A DNA stretch of 64,000 nt, from positions 27,076 through 91,075 of the forward strand of contig CAWJBZ010000004.1 of the NCBI GenBank assembly GCA_963841325.1, written 5' to 3'. The translations under genes were made by a program, and so were the position numbers. How positions within the stretch are numbered: position 1 is the stretch's first letter; every line of letters starts with the position of its first letter. The notes under the pieces were generated by a model. The model saw only the letters and a list, made by a program, of their open reading frames with translations. It searched no databases and was not told where the DNA came from. The DNA comes from an uncultured Candidatus Saccharibacteria bacterium. Lineage in GTDB: Bacteria > Patescibacteriota > Saccharimonadia > Saccharimonadales > UBA4665. Shown here piece by piece: positions 10,520 to 19,973 of the stretch.

Positions 10520-11158
10520 TTATTTATTACTTGAAGCTTGTTTAAGAACTGCCGGTAGTTTAGCGAAATCATCAATCAGCGTCTGACGCATTCCGCCGTT
10601 GTATAACGCGGCTGCTGGGTGGAAAAGCGGCATGATTACTAATGGAAAGCCGTTTTCGGATTGGGTAGCTGCCTGCCCTTTAGTATTATTTGTCCGTTGA
10701 AAATTCAGGCGGATCCGTTTCGGTTGGCCATGACAAAGACTGATTGCCAGATCGGGCAAAAAACAACTTAAACTGTGGCTGCCTAGCGTTATCAGAACTT
10801 TCGGTTTAATAATCTCCAGCTGGGCTTGGAGGTATTGTAGAAAAGCCTTTTTTTCAACCGGCTCTGGTTCCCGGTTGTTTGGCGGCCGATATTTGACGAT
10901 GTTAGTGATATACACATCACCGCGTTTAAGACCAATCATATTGAGCATTTCGTCCAGAAAATGACCGGCAGCTCCAACAAACGGTTTACCCTGTTCATCT
11001 TCATTCTTACCTGGCGCTTCGCCAACAAACATCAATTCCGCTTGAGGATTACCAACGCCAAAGACTAACTGAGTAGCTGATTTTGCTAATTCCGGGCAAA
11101 CTTGGTCACTTAATATTTTAGCTTGAACTTGATCAAGTTTTTGTTGATTGGTGGACAT
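10520..11158 (-). CDS. Uracil-DNA glycosylase, family 4-like
   Basis: 212 aa. GEAPGKNEDEQGKPFVGAAG motif A and a late FHPAAAL motif. Confidence 0.8.
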   Translation of the reverse strand: MSTNQQKLDQVQAKILSDQVCPELAKSATQLVFGVGNPQAELMFVGEAPGKNEDEQGKPFVGAAGHFLDEMLNMIGLKRGDVYITNIVKYRPPNNREPEPVEKKAFLQYLQAQLEIIKPKVLITLGSHSLSCFLPDLAISLCHGQPKRIRLNFQRTNNTKGQAATQSENGFPLVIMPLFHPAAALYNGGMRQTLIDDFAKLPAVLKQASSNK

Positions 11159-11366
11159 GAGATACCTTCCGTATCAGTTTTATTAAATTTCGTAGGGTTC
11201 CAATAAAAGTTATCAGCGTTAATGCATACCACCACAGGCTGCCACGGTCGATAGCCAGTGAGGCAAACCCATAGGCTAATAACAGTTCAACAACAGCAAA
11301 CACCAATAACCCAATGACTGTCTGATGCCATTTTGTTATCTTATAAATAAGCGAACTCTTGTTCAT
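11133..11366 (-). CDS. Small two-TM membrane protein (hypothetical)
   Basis: 77 aa with two hydrophobic helices. Its 3' end overlaps the udg start by 26 nt. Confidence 0.4.
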   Translation of the reverse strand: MNKSSLIYKITKWHQTVIGLLVFAVVELLLAYGFASLAIDRGSLWWYALTLITFIGTLRNLIKLIRKVSHVHQSTKT

Positions 11367-11442
11367 AAAGTAGTTCCTAGCTTACCCATTTTTGGCAATC
11401 TGCCATCTAGTCATTTCGACTAATAATTTAAGTGCACCCATC

Positions 11443-13581
11443 TTATTTCTGCTTATGTAATTCTTGTTGAGCGGCTTTCATGCTTAGTACCAGGCGTCCA
11501 CGGTCATCAATAGCCACAAGTTTGACCGTAACATGATCACCTTCTTTAACGATGTCACTAGGCTTATTCACCCGACTATCTTGCATTTCACTGACATGCA
11601 CTAGACCTTCTTTGCCAGGCAGTATTTCTACGAATATTCCAAATTCTAGAACACTTACTACACGACAATTTTGGTAGATTTTACCCACCTCTGGCTCGGC
11701 TGTCAGAGTCTGGATAAACTGGATAGCGCCATCAATTGACTTTTTATCTGGGCTGGAAATTAGAACCGTGCCGTCATCTTTGATGTCGATTTCAGCTCCA
11801 GTTTCAGCGATAATTTTATTAATTGTTTCACCACCTTTACCAATAACTTCACGAATTTTTTCCGGATTAATATGAATCGATTCCACTCTTGGCGCATATG
11901 GGCTCATTTCGGCGCGGGGTTTTTCAATCGTACTAAGCATGTGCTTAAGAATGAAAGCCCGACCCGCTTTGGACTGAATAAGGGCTTGCTTAAGGGTACT
12001 GACCGGCAAACCATGAACTTTCATATCCATTTGCAAAGCAGTAATACCTTTTTCAGTACCGGCTACCTTAAAGTCCATATCACCAGCAAAATCTTCAGCA
12101 TCGGCTAAATCACTTAAGATATAAGTTTTATTGCCTTCCATGATTAAGCCCATGGCAATACCGCTGACTGGAGCTTTGATCGGTACGCCGGCATCCATTA
12201 GAGCCAGACAACTTGAACAGGTTGCGGCCATACTGGTCGATCCGTTTTGGCTCATTATCTCAGTAACCGAACGAATGGTATAAGGAAAATCGGTTTCATC
12301 TGGGATAACCGGCAGCAAGGCTCGTTCTGCTAAATAACCATGGCCGATTTCTCGCCTACCGGGGCTACCTAGTCGACGGACTTCACCAACTGTATAACCT
12401 GGTGCGTTGTAATGATGCATATAGCGTCGTTCACCGCTTTGCTCCATGGTATCCACCATTTGGGCATAAGACGGGGGCGCCAGTGTGACGATATTTAATG
12501 CCTGGGTTAATCCACGAGTGAATAGGCTTGAACCGTGAGCACGTGGTAAAATACCGACTTCACTGGAAAGCGGTCGAATATCTGTCGGAGCCCGTCCATC
12601 CGGTCGGATACCTTCTTCAACAACACCTTCACGTACGTCTTTATGAATCGCTAAGGTAAAAGCTTCTTCATACTTTTGTTTAACTTCAGCAAAGCCATCA
12701 CCTAATTCCTCTTCAAAGTGACCAAACATGGTATCACGCAGATCTCTAAGTAAATCATTCCGTTCTGGATAAGGCGCCCGTAAACCGGTGCCTAAACGAC
12801 CTTCCAGCCACGTTTCTACCCGTTGCTGAATATCACTGTCGGTCAATTCAAGTTCATATTTTTGCGGCGTAACGCCAACTTTTTTAATCAGTTCTTTTTG
12901 GGCTTCTATAGCCGGCTGCATCATTTTGAAAGCAAACTCTAAAGCGTCAACTATCTGCTCTTCACTGATTTCTTTAGCACCGGCTTCCACCATGGTGATA
13001 GCTTGTCCGGTTCCAGCTACCACTAGATCAAGCGGACCACTGGCCAGTTCGTCAGCCGACAAGAAAGCGGTTAGTTTACCGTCTTTTAAGCCAACCCGTA
13101 ATCCAGCTACCGGACCGTCAAATGGTGCCCCAGTCAGCATCAGTGCCGCACTAGTGGCAATCATAGCAATAACATCCGGTCGGAAACTCGGGTCGCTACT
13201 GAGGACTGTAGTAATGCCTTGGACTTCGTTCCGATAGCTTTTAGGCCAGAGCGGACGGATCGGTCGGTCAATAATTCGTCCAATCAATACCGCTTCATCT
13301 GATGGCCGACCTTCTCTTTTAATATAACGGCTACCGCTTATCTTACCGGCCGCATAGAATCGTTCTTCATAATCTATACTAAGCGGAAAATAATCCATAC
13401 CGGTGGAGGCAGTATCACCAATCATGACCGTAGCCAGCACTACGGTATCGCCATAACTAGCCAGTACGGCGGCTGAACTACGAAAACCGAGTCGTCCAAC
13501 TTCAAGCGTTAAAGTACGGCCGCAAAATTCGGTTTTAACATTTATAATTGCTTTTCCTGAAGGGTTAATTGTTTGTCCCAT
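11443..13581 (-). CDS. pnp: Polynucleotide phosphorylase
   Basis: 712 aa. Two RNase PH domains, a KH domain (IREVIGKGGETINKI) and an S1 domain (GIFVEILPGKEGLVHVSE). Confidence 0.95.
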   Translation of the reverse strand: MGQTINPSGKAIINVKTEFCGRTLTLEVGRLGFRSSAAVLASYGDTVVLATVMIGDTASTGMDYFPLSIDYEERFYAAGKISGSRYIKREGRPSDEAVLIGRIIDRPIRPLWPKSYRNEVQGITTVLSSDPSFRPDVIAMIATSAALMLTGAPFDGPVAGLRVGLKDGKLTAFLSADELASGPLDLVVAGTGQAITMVEAGAKEISEEQIVDALEFAFKMMQPAIEAQKELIKKVGVTPQKYELELTDSDIQQRVETWLEGRLGTGLRAPYPERNDLLRDLRDTMFGHFEEELGDGFAEVKQKYEEAFTLAIHKDVREGVVEEGIRPDGRAPTDIRPLSSEVGILPRAHGSSLFTRGLTQALNIVTLAPPSYAQMVDTMEQSGERRYMHHYNAPGYTVGEVRRLGSPGRREIGHGYLAERALLPVIPDETDFPYTIRSVTEIMSQNGSTSMAATCSSCLALMDAGVPIKAPVSGIAMGLIMEGNKTYILSDLADAEDFAGDMDFKVAGTEKGITALQMDMKVHGLPVSTLKQALIQSKAGRAFILKHMLSTIEKPRAEMSPYAPRVESIHINPEKIREVIGKGGETINKIIAETGAEIDIKDDGTVLISSPDKKSIDGAIQFIQTLTAEPEVGKIYQNCRVVSVLEFGIFVEILPGKEGLVHVSEMQDSRVNKPSDIVKEGDHVTVKLVAIDDRGRLVLSMKAAQQELHKQK

Positions 13582-13620
13582 AGGGTTATTCTGACCTTTC
13601 TACTACATCAGATGGTTTTT

Positions 13621-13708
13621 GTACTCGTAAGCAGAGTGCAAATATCCAGCCGTTCTTGTGCATGTCTAATTATCTGGTTGGTATATTTGTAGCTCTATCT
13701 ACGAGCAC
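13621..13708 (-). promoter_or_regulatory. Long imperfect stem-loop in the rpsO-pnp intergenic region (candidate pnp leader processing/autoregulation hairpin)
   Basis: Arms 13621-13651 and 13676-13708 are an imperfect inverted repeat of about 30 bp. Paired blocks run 9+4+7+3+2 bp; two plus-strand A:C mismatches become G:U pairs on the transcribed minus strand. Loop about 24 nt. Confidence 0.5.
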
Positions 13709-13776
13709 GTTTGGTGTTCGAGGTTTTAAAGTGCACAAGCTGGCGTCCTCAGTCGAGGGGGCTGGTTCATGCGCTT

Positions 13777-14052
13777 TTAGCGGCGAATACCCAGTTTTTT
13801 AATCAAATCTAGGTATGCTTGACTATCATGATCGGCTATATATTTAAGCAATCGGCGACGTTGGCCGACTAATTGTAATAAGCCCCGGCGTGCAGCAAAA
13901 TCTTTTTTATGTATCTTAAGATGTTCAGTTAATTCTTTGATTCGTTCAGTAGCAATCGCCACTTGATCTGCCGAACTACCGGTGTCGGTTTTATGCGCTT
14001 GCACACCAACAATAGCGGCCTGTTTTTTCTCACGTGTTATCATGTTTGCCAC
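13777..14052 (-). CDS. rpsO: 30S ribosomal protein S15
   Basis: 91 aa. GSSADQVAIATERIKELTEHLKIHKKDFAARRGLLQLVGQRRRLLKY is canonical S15. Upstream of pnp, as in most bacteria. Confidence 0.93.
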   Translation of the reverse strand: MANMITREKKQAAIVGVQAHKTDTGSSADQVAIATERIKELTEHLKIHKKDFAARRGLLQLVGQRRRLLKYIADHDSQAYLDLIKKLGIRR

Positions 14053-14103
14053 ATTATATCAGAAGATACCTAAGTGCACAAGGTGATTATTGAGAAAAAG
14101 TAT

Positions 14104-14799
14104 TCAGTTCAGCAATTTAATTTGCTGAGCAATAAGCTCTGCATTTAAGTTTTGTACAGCGATTGCCTGGTGTAGTGAATAATCACCAATACTGGTACGG
14201 CATAAATCCGACAAATAGGCGCCGGTTTGGAGTGCTCTGCCAATGTCCTCAGCCAATGAACGAATATAGGTACCGCTACTGACTCTACTAGTAAATTGAA
14301 CTATCGGGTATTGATAATGTTGCAATTCATTCTGGTAGATTTTAACCATGCGGGGTTCGAGGTTGACGTCTTTTCCGGCCCGGGCCAACTGGTAGGCTCG
14401 CTGACCATGAACTTTAATAGCCGAAAAAGCTGGCGGTGTCTGATTTAATTCACCGGTTAAATGTCGTAGTACTTTTTTTATTTCATTTATATCTGGCACT
14501 CGATCGCTCACCATCAGTTTTTCGCCTTCCTCGTCACCGGTTGAGCTAGTTTGACCTAGGCATAGTTTAACTATGTAAGTTTTGTCGAGGTGACTGAATT
14601 CATTAGCTTGATGGGTATATTCTTGACCTATTAGTAAAATTAGTAGACCGCTGGCTAGTGGGTCAAGTGTACCGGTGTGACCAACTTTAACGGTGTTTGA
14701 TTTAACACTTAGAGCTTGGGCTACTAGTTTACGAACATAATTCACTACATCAAAGGATGTCCATCCTTTAGGCTTATTTACTAACAATATTCCTTGCAT
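14104..14799 (-). CDS. truB: tRNA pseudouridine-55 synthase TruB
   Basis: 231 aa. GILLVNKPKGWTSFDVV and the catalytic-Asp motif VGHTGTLDPLASGLL. Confidence 0.9.
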   Translation of the reverse strand: MQGILLVNKPKGWTSFDVVNYVRKLVAQALSVKSNTVKVGHTGTLDPLASGLLILLIGQEYTHQANEFSHLDKTYIVKLCLGQTSSTGDEEGEKLMVSDRVPDINEIKKVLRHLTGELNQTPPAFSAIKVHGQRAYQLARAGKDVNLEPRMVKIYQNELQHYQYPIVQFTSRVSSGTYIRSLAEDIGRALQTGAYLSDLCRTSIGDYSLHQAIAVQNLNAELIAQQIKLLN

Positions 14800-14835
14800 G
14801 GTAGCAATTGTACTAAAGATTAAGACAATATCAGC

Positions 14836-16590
14836 TTATTGACCGGGATCCGTATAATTGTGAGGCGGCATAAATGGCGGTGGTACCGGAGGTGGAGCGT
14901 CAGTAGTGTCATGAGGTTCGGGTAAAGCGGACTGATCATGCCCTGGGGTTATGGAGGGATAATCCAAAGGTGCGTTGCCATTAGGCACCTTCTCTATTTC
15001 CGGTACTATTGTTGAAGGAGGTGTAACTGGTGGTGTTACTGGTTTTGGCGTTAAGTTGCCGTCCTTATCAATTTCGACTTCATTAGTGTGAGGTGTAGGA
15101 GTGACCATATCAGAAGCGGGATGAAGTGGGTCTCCTAATGGATTAGCACCGAGCGCATTCAAAGGTTTTAATGGCTCTTTACTGCTTTGTAAAGCCTGTA
15201 AGACACCTTGGCGGGCAGAATCAATATCGACATCTTTGGTAGCTTGTTCCTCCTTTAGGTGCGGGCTATTTACTTCTTCTTCAATTTTTTCAAGTGTTTC
15301 GTTATCTGATGTGGGAGTTAATGGTCCAGCCGGCGAATAAGGTTTTGTCGTATCCGACGTTTGCATAACTGGGGGGACAGAGGATAACGATGGTAATGAT
15401 GGTGAATCAGTCATCATCGGATTATCCAGCTGATTGTCACGTGTTAGTAGTGGTACCAAGGGTTCTTTATCGGGTATTTCATTTGGGTTAATGTTACTAG
15501 GTTCGGTTCGGCTGGGTACTACGGGATTATTACCTGAGTAAGTTGATTCGTCTATAAGATAGGAGTGGCCGGCTGGCGGCAAATCTTCAGTATCTTCTTT
15601 TTCCAATTCGGCGCTGAATGGATTTTCATCTGTCGGTACGCCTCGAACGCCTGAGATTCCCGGTGGTTCAGGTAAAATGCCTGGTTCTACTGGTGTTTGG
15701 ACGGGTTGTACCGATTCCATCTGAGTTTGATGGTTAATTTCTAACGTACCGTCATCTGGCTTTGGTAATTCGACATTTAAATTTTGGGAGCTACTTGGTC
15801 CACTTGCAGTACCACCAGAATCGATTTGGGCAGCGGTAATAGGTTCGCTTTCTTCTTCTAACTGAGTAGCGACAAGTTGTTGATTTGCTCCGGCTGACAT
15901 CAGATCACCAGCTAAACTCATCGTTCTTGGTGAAGTTTTCTCATTACTAAATCGGGCTGTTTCGGCTACTATACCGGTTAATAAAGCCGTGGCGATTTGT
16001 TCATCAAGCACAGCTTTATTAAGGTCCTTGATGAGTAAAGTGACTAGTTCGGATACTGAGCTAGCGCTAGTATCTTGCCAGTTTATCGAACCTAGGTTAC
16101 CGTTAGCAGTATTATTAATGCTCATTACCGTAGCATCGTGTAGTATCCGTCCGTGCGTTGTAATTGCCTGGTCAAGTTCTTGCTGTTCATGGGCTCCTAG
16201 TGCTATTACGGCATCAACATTAAAGTCACCTTGACTAAATTCTAGGTCGGATTGGCTCAGACTGGTTTTGTAGGGGGTAATAAAGATCCGGACTATTTTG
16301 TCTTCAACTTTATAACGTAATTTATCTGCCTTAGATTTATCCAGGGCTATAATAAAATCCCTTAAACTATCCGGATTTTGTTCAATGGTTTCTTCTGGTT
16401 TCAAAAACTCTAAAGTACTAGGCACTTCGCCGCTAAAAACAGCAGCGACGTGTTTATCCATTTTATCAAGCCCCAGAGCTAAGCCTATACAAGCACTGAG
16501 TAGGTCTACGGTTGGGTTGTTTCGAACTGTTACTAAGACGTTACGGGCTTGTTTTAAGTGGTCAATAACTTGCTGTTCTGCACTATCCAT
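14836..16590 (-). CDS. Degenerate DHH (NrnA-like) domain protein with ~330-aa proline-rich C-terminal region
   Basis: 584 aa, in the position NrnA usually occupies upstream of truB. The N-terminal ~250 aa align by eye with DHH motifs, but the catalytic residues are substituted. No DHHA1/GGGH domain. The C-terminus is P/T/S/E-rich low complexity. Confidence 0.5.
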   Translation of the reverse strand: MDSAEQQVIDHLKQARNVLVTVRNNPTVDLLSACIGLALGLDKMDKHVAAVFSGEVPSTLEFLKPEETIEQNPDSLRDFIIALDKSKADKLRYKVEDKIVRIFITPYKTSLSQSDLEFSQGDFNVDAVIALGAHEQQELDQAITTHGRILHDATVMSINNTANGNLGSINWQDTSASSVSELVTLLIKDLNKAVLDEQIATALLTGIVAETARFSNEKTSPRTMSLAGDLMSAGANQQLVATQLEEESEPITAAQIDSGGTASGPSSSQNLNVELPKPDDGTLEINHQTQMESVQPVQTPVEPGILPEPPGISGVRGVPTDENPFSAELEKEDTEDLPPAGHSYLIDESTYSGNNPVVPSRTEPSNINPNEIPDKEPLVPLLTRDNQLDNPMMTDSPSLPSLSSVPPVMQTSDTTKPYSPAGPLTPTSDNETLEKIEEEVNSPHLKEEQATKDVDIDSARQGVLQALQSSKEPLKPLNALGANPLGDPLHPASDMVTPTPHTNEVEIDKDGNLTPKPVTPPVTPPSTIVPEIEKVPNGNAPLDYPSITPGHDQSALPEPHDTTDAPPPVPPPFMPPHNYTDPGQ

Positions 16591-16770
16591 ACGTGTTTAT
16601 TTTAACCTTTAGCGTGAGCTTAACACAAATGACTACACTTGTCCATAAGCGTTAAGTTGTTAGCTGACGGTTATCTTATTAATGGCCAATAAATATAGTC
16701 AGACAGCTTTACAAGATTAACGCACATCTGTTATAGTCACTTGGAAATTGATTAAACTCTAAGGAAAGTT

Positions 16771-17160
16771 ATGCCCATAATTAAATCCGCTAAAAAGCGT
16801 GTCCGAACTGCCAGAAAAGCAACCATTCGCAATAGTAAGACTAAACGCACTATGAGAAGCGCCTTAAAGCTATTTACCAAGAAAATTACCCCAGATTCAT
16901 TAAGTAGCGCTCAAAGTACTATCGATACAGCAATTAAAAAAGGTTTGATATCAAAAAATAAGGCTGCCCGGATGAAAAAACAGCTAGCGGCTCGAGCTAA
17001 AGCAGCCGGAGCAAAGCCAACTGTCAGCAAAAAATCGACAGCTAAATCAGTATCTAGGAAGCTGGCCACTACCAAGAAAACAGCAACCGCTAAGAAAACA
17101 ACAACCACTAAAAAGGCCGTCACTAAGAAAACTAAACCGTCGAGTCGTCAAAATAAGTAG
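16771..17160 (+). CDS. rpsT: 30S ribosomal protein S20 with Lys/Thr-rich C-terminal extension
   Basis: N-terminus MPIIKSAKKRVRTARKATIRNSKTKRTMRSALK is canonical S20. 129 aa against the usual ~87; the tail is KKTATAKKTTTTKKAVTKKTK. Confidence 0.88.
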   Translation: MPIIKSAKKRVRTARKATIRNSKTKRTMRSALKLFTKKITPDSLSSAQSTIDTAIKKGLISKNKAARMKKQLAARAKAAGAKPTVSKKSTAKSVSRKLATTKKTATAKKTTTTKKAVTKKTKPSSRQNK

Positions 17161-17169
17161 TTCGACCAA

Positions 17170-18123
17170 TTAAGGTGTAAGTTTTATTAAAAAGAGCTGT
17201 AGAGTCTCATCAAGGTCGATATTTTCAAGTTTGGAGCGCATGTCGACGGTCACTAAATCGGCAATTAATTGTTTTAAATGGGCAAAACTAACCCGAGTTG
17301 CGGCTGATTGACTTTTACGGATAGTATAAGGATTAAGTTTAGATTCTTTAGTAATAGCATCTACGGAACGGCCGGCCGCTGTTTTAATAATTGCTATTGC
17401 CCGCAGCTGCCAGGTTAACATGGCAATTATCTGGGCTGGTTCAACTTTCTGCTCTCGTTGATCATGATAAAGCGCCAGGGCTCGTTTGGTATTGCCGCTA
17501 AAGGCTGCGTCGAGCAATTCAAAAATCGTGCTTTGTGGAGTTGGTTCAGTTAAAAGTGCGATGCTTTTTGAGGTTATTACGGGATTATAAAGTAATAGTT
17601 TACTAAGTTCATTAGCTAAGCGTTGTTGATTCATCCCCAATCGTTCAATTAAAAAGTGGGCATCTGCAAGACTAATGGTTCCGCCTTCAGACTTGGTTGA
17701 TTCGACCAACCATTTAGCCAGATTATTTTCATCTAATCCATTCAGCTCATGAAAATCCGAAGCTGATTTCAGTAATTTATAATAACTCAGCCGCTTATCC
17801 AAAGCCGGCTCTACCAATATTAAATCTGTCGATTCAGGTAGTTCTTGAATTAGTTTTTCAGCTTGCTCTACAAACAACTGATTAGCGCCGGCATTACTGA
17901 TTACTACCAGCTTCTTTTCGGCTAAGAAAGGAGAGCTCTGTAAACTTTCTCGCAGACGTTCAAAATTGGTTTCTTCACCATCAAGGCGTTCGACAGCTAT
18001 TTCACCGTAAATAGCTACAAAGGCCTCCATTAACTCCGCCAATTTTGATTGGATCGCGAATCTGTTAGCTCCTGTTAGTGTGGTAATCATCGTCTTAATT
18101 ATAAGTGAATCGGTAGCATTCAT
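17170..18123 (-). CDS. holA: DNA polymerase III delta subunit
   Basis: 317 aa. The size and overall pattern of HolA are the only support; no sharp motif was seen. Confidence 0.6.
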   Translation of the reverse strand: MNATDSLIIKTMITTLTGANRFAIQSKLAELMEAFVAIYGEIAVERLDGEETNFERLRESLQSSPFLAEKKLVVISNAGANQLFVEQAEKLIQELPESTDLILVEPALDKRLSYYKLLKSASDFHELNGLDENNLAKWLVESTKSEGGTISLADAHFLIERLGMNQQRLANELSKLLLYNPVITSKSIALLTEPTPQSTIFELLDAAFSGNTKRALALYHDQREQKVEPAQIIAMLTWQLRAIAIIKTAAGRSVDAITKESKLNPYTIRKSQSAATRVSFAHLKQLIADLVTVDMRSKLENIDLDETLQLFLIKLTP

Positions 18124-18172
18124 TTATCTTAATATGGGTGTTCATAGCTATCTGTTTATATGTCATGCTTTT

Positions 18173-19054
18173 TTACGAGTTCCGATATCGTTTTTGACAA
18201 CCTGGACATAAGTGGGTGCCTCTTCCGGCCACTCGTATTTTTTGAATTGTTGTTCCGCAACGGGGACAAGCCTGGCCATTACGCCGAAAAACCTTAGCAA
18301 ATTGTAAATAGTTCCCCTTCTGGCCTTCTGCATCAACGTAATTTCGGTCAGTAGAACCGCCTTGATTAATACTCAACTGAAGGATAGCTACTAAAGACAA
18401 GTACAGGACTTTAATTTTTGTATCTGATAGCTGCCTAACGAGACTCTGAGGATGTATTTTCGCTCCCCAGAGCGATTCATCGGCATAGATATTTCCAACA
18501 CCCGCAATAATGGTCTGATCTAGCAATGTCGATTTAATGTTCGATTTGGGCCGTCGATGTAGTTGTCCCTTCAGCGTCTGCCAGGTAAAACTACTTTCTA
18601 GTGGTTCTGGGCCTAATTTTTTAATAAAACTGACGTTCGGTACTTCGACTGTCGGCAACAATCGTATCCATCCGAATTTCCGCTGATCATTAAAATACAG
18701 CTTACTACCGTCTTTAAAAGTAAATATAACTCTTGTCGTCTTATCGGGTAGCATACCGATTAAGGAGTTGGTTGGGTGTCCAGCGCCGAAACGGACATTT
18801 TTGTTTTGGAATAGTAGTTGCCCAGTCATTTTCAAATGAATAACCAATGAATATTGATTAGTTAGTTCGATTAGTAAGACTTTAGCCCGTCTCCTGACAC
18901 AGACTATCGTAGCATCAACCGCCAATAACGGCCCTGCGTCTGTTAAACTAATAAAACTTTTCGGATTAATAACTTCCACCGACTTAATTACCAAACCAGG
19001 TAACAATCGGTTAAGGCCGCGGCGCACCGTTTCTACCTCTGGTAATTCAGGCAT
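18173..19054 (-). CDS. mutM: Formamidopyrimidine-DNA glycosylase (Fpg/MutM)
   Basis: MPELPEVETVRRGL N-terminus (the catalytic Pro must follow the initiator Met, so I place the start at 19054, not 19066). C-terminal zinc finger CPRCGTTIQKIRVAGRGTHLCPGCQ. Confidence 0.9.
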   Translation of the reverse strand: MPELPEVETVRRGLNRLLPGLVIKSVEVINPKSFISLTDAGPLLAVDATIVCVRRRAKVLLIELTNQYSLVIHLKMTGQLLFQNKNVRFGAGHPTNSLIGMLPDKTTRVIFTFKDGSKLYFNDQRKFGWIRLLPTVEVPNVSFIKKLGPEPLESSFTWQTLKGQLHRRPKSNIKSTLLDQTIIAGVGNIYADESLWGAKIHPQSLVRQLSDTKIKVLYLSLVAILQLSINQGGSTDRNYVDAEGQKGNYLQFAKVFRRNGQACPRCGTTIQKIRVAGRGTHLCPGCQKRYRNS

Positions 19055-19087
19055 AGTACACTCCATTATACCTGTTAGAATAGGATT

Positions 19088-19327
19088 ATGACTGATTCAC
19101 TTTCATCGATATTAAGCCACAAGGGATTTAACGAACCTTCGGAAATGGTAGCTATTAAACGTTACGTTCAGGATCATTTCCAGGTTGCCGTAGAAGTAAT
19201 GATTCGGGGCGGTGTCATTATAGTAACTTCACCAAGTGCCGCGCTGACTAGTACTCTCCGTTTTCAATCATTACAACTTCAAAAAGTTGCCCGGACAGAT
19301 AAACGGATAGTTCTTAGGACGAAATAA
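19088..19327 (+). CDS. Small DUF721/DciA-like protein (tentative)
   Basis: 79 aa. GGVIIVTSPSAALTSTLRFQSLQLQK resembles the 'L-V-V-ssa-a-eL-f' core of DUF721 proteins. Called by eye only. Confidence 0.35.
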   Translation: MTDSLSSILSHKGFNEPSEMVAIKRYVQDHFQVAVEVMIRGGVIIVTSPSAALTSTLRFQSLQLQKVARTDKRIVLRTK

Positions 19328-19334
19328 AACTAAA

Positions 19335-19886
19335 TTAAAGCGTGATACTACTAGTCAATGAGTCGTAATCGGGTATTTGGGCCACAAATAGCTGCCGGAT
19401 CACTAAGTTGTTCCCCTGAAATGTACCGGTACCGCAGGAGGTATACCAGTAACGTAAAAGGTCATTACTGTTACCGTTGACTACTTCGTAAACATAGCGA
19501 TCGCCTAAAGCACAATGACCACGATCATCGCTTAGAGCAGGATTATTGTTGCCGTCCGTAAAGCCGTTGAGCGCCAGTGCTCTTAAGAAGATAGCATAGG
19601 CATTGGTACTCATTGAGTAGGTTTTCATACTAACAATCTGGCCTTCATAGCCTTGAGTGACAACAATCGATGACTGAGTATTACCGACATTGATAATAAT
19701 GTCATGGTGCGTCACGGCCGCCGAGACCGGTGAATCAATGGTATATTGAACGATTACGTCTGAATTAGCATAGTCATTAAGATTGAACGGCTTTTGGGAA
19801 GGTCCGGTCAAACCACGAATAATCAGGATTAATACGATAATTATTAATCCGACGGCCAGTAAAAATCCGACGATATAACGTGTCAT
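19335..19886 (-). CDS. N-terminally anchored hypothetical exported protein
   Basis: 183 aa. One N-terminal TM helix (IVGFLLAVGLIIIVLILII) followed by a soluble domain with 2 Cys. Confidence 0.5.
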   Translation of the reverse strand: MTRYIVGFLLAVGLIIIVLILIIRGLTGPSQKPFNLNDYANSDVIVQYTIDSPVSAAVTHHDIIINVGNTQSSIVVTQGYEGQIVSMKTYSMSTNAYAIFLRALALNGFTDGNNNPALSDDRGHCALGDRYVYEVVNGNSNDLLRYWYTSCGTGTFQGNNLVIRQLFVAQIPDYDSLTSSITL

Positions 19887-19973
19887 TTACCAAAACTCTT
19901 TGATTAAACACTGTTATGATATCATAATATGCTTTTTTCGCAACTATGCTTGATGTAAATTTTCGCTACAATA

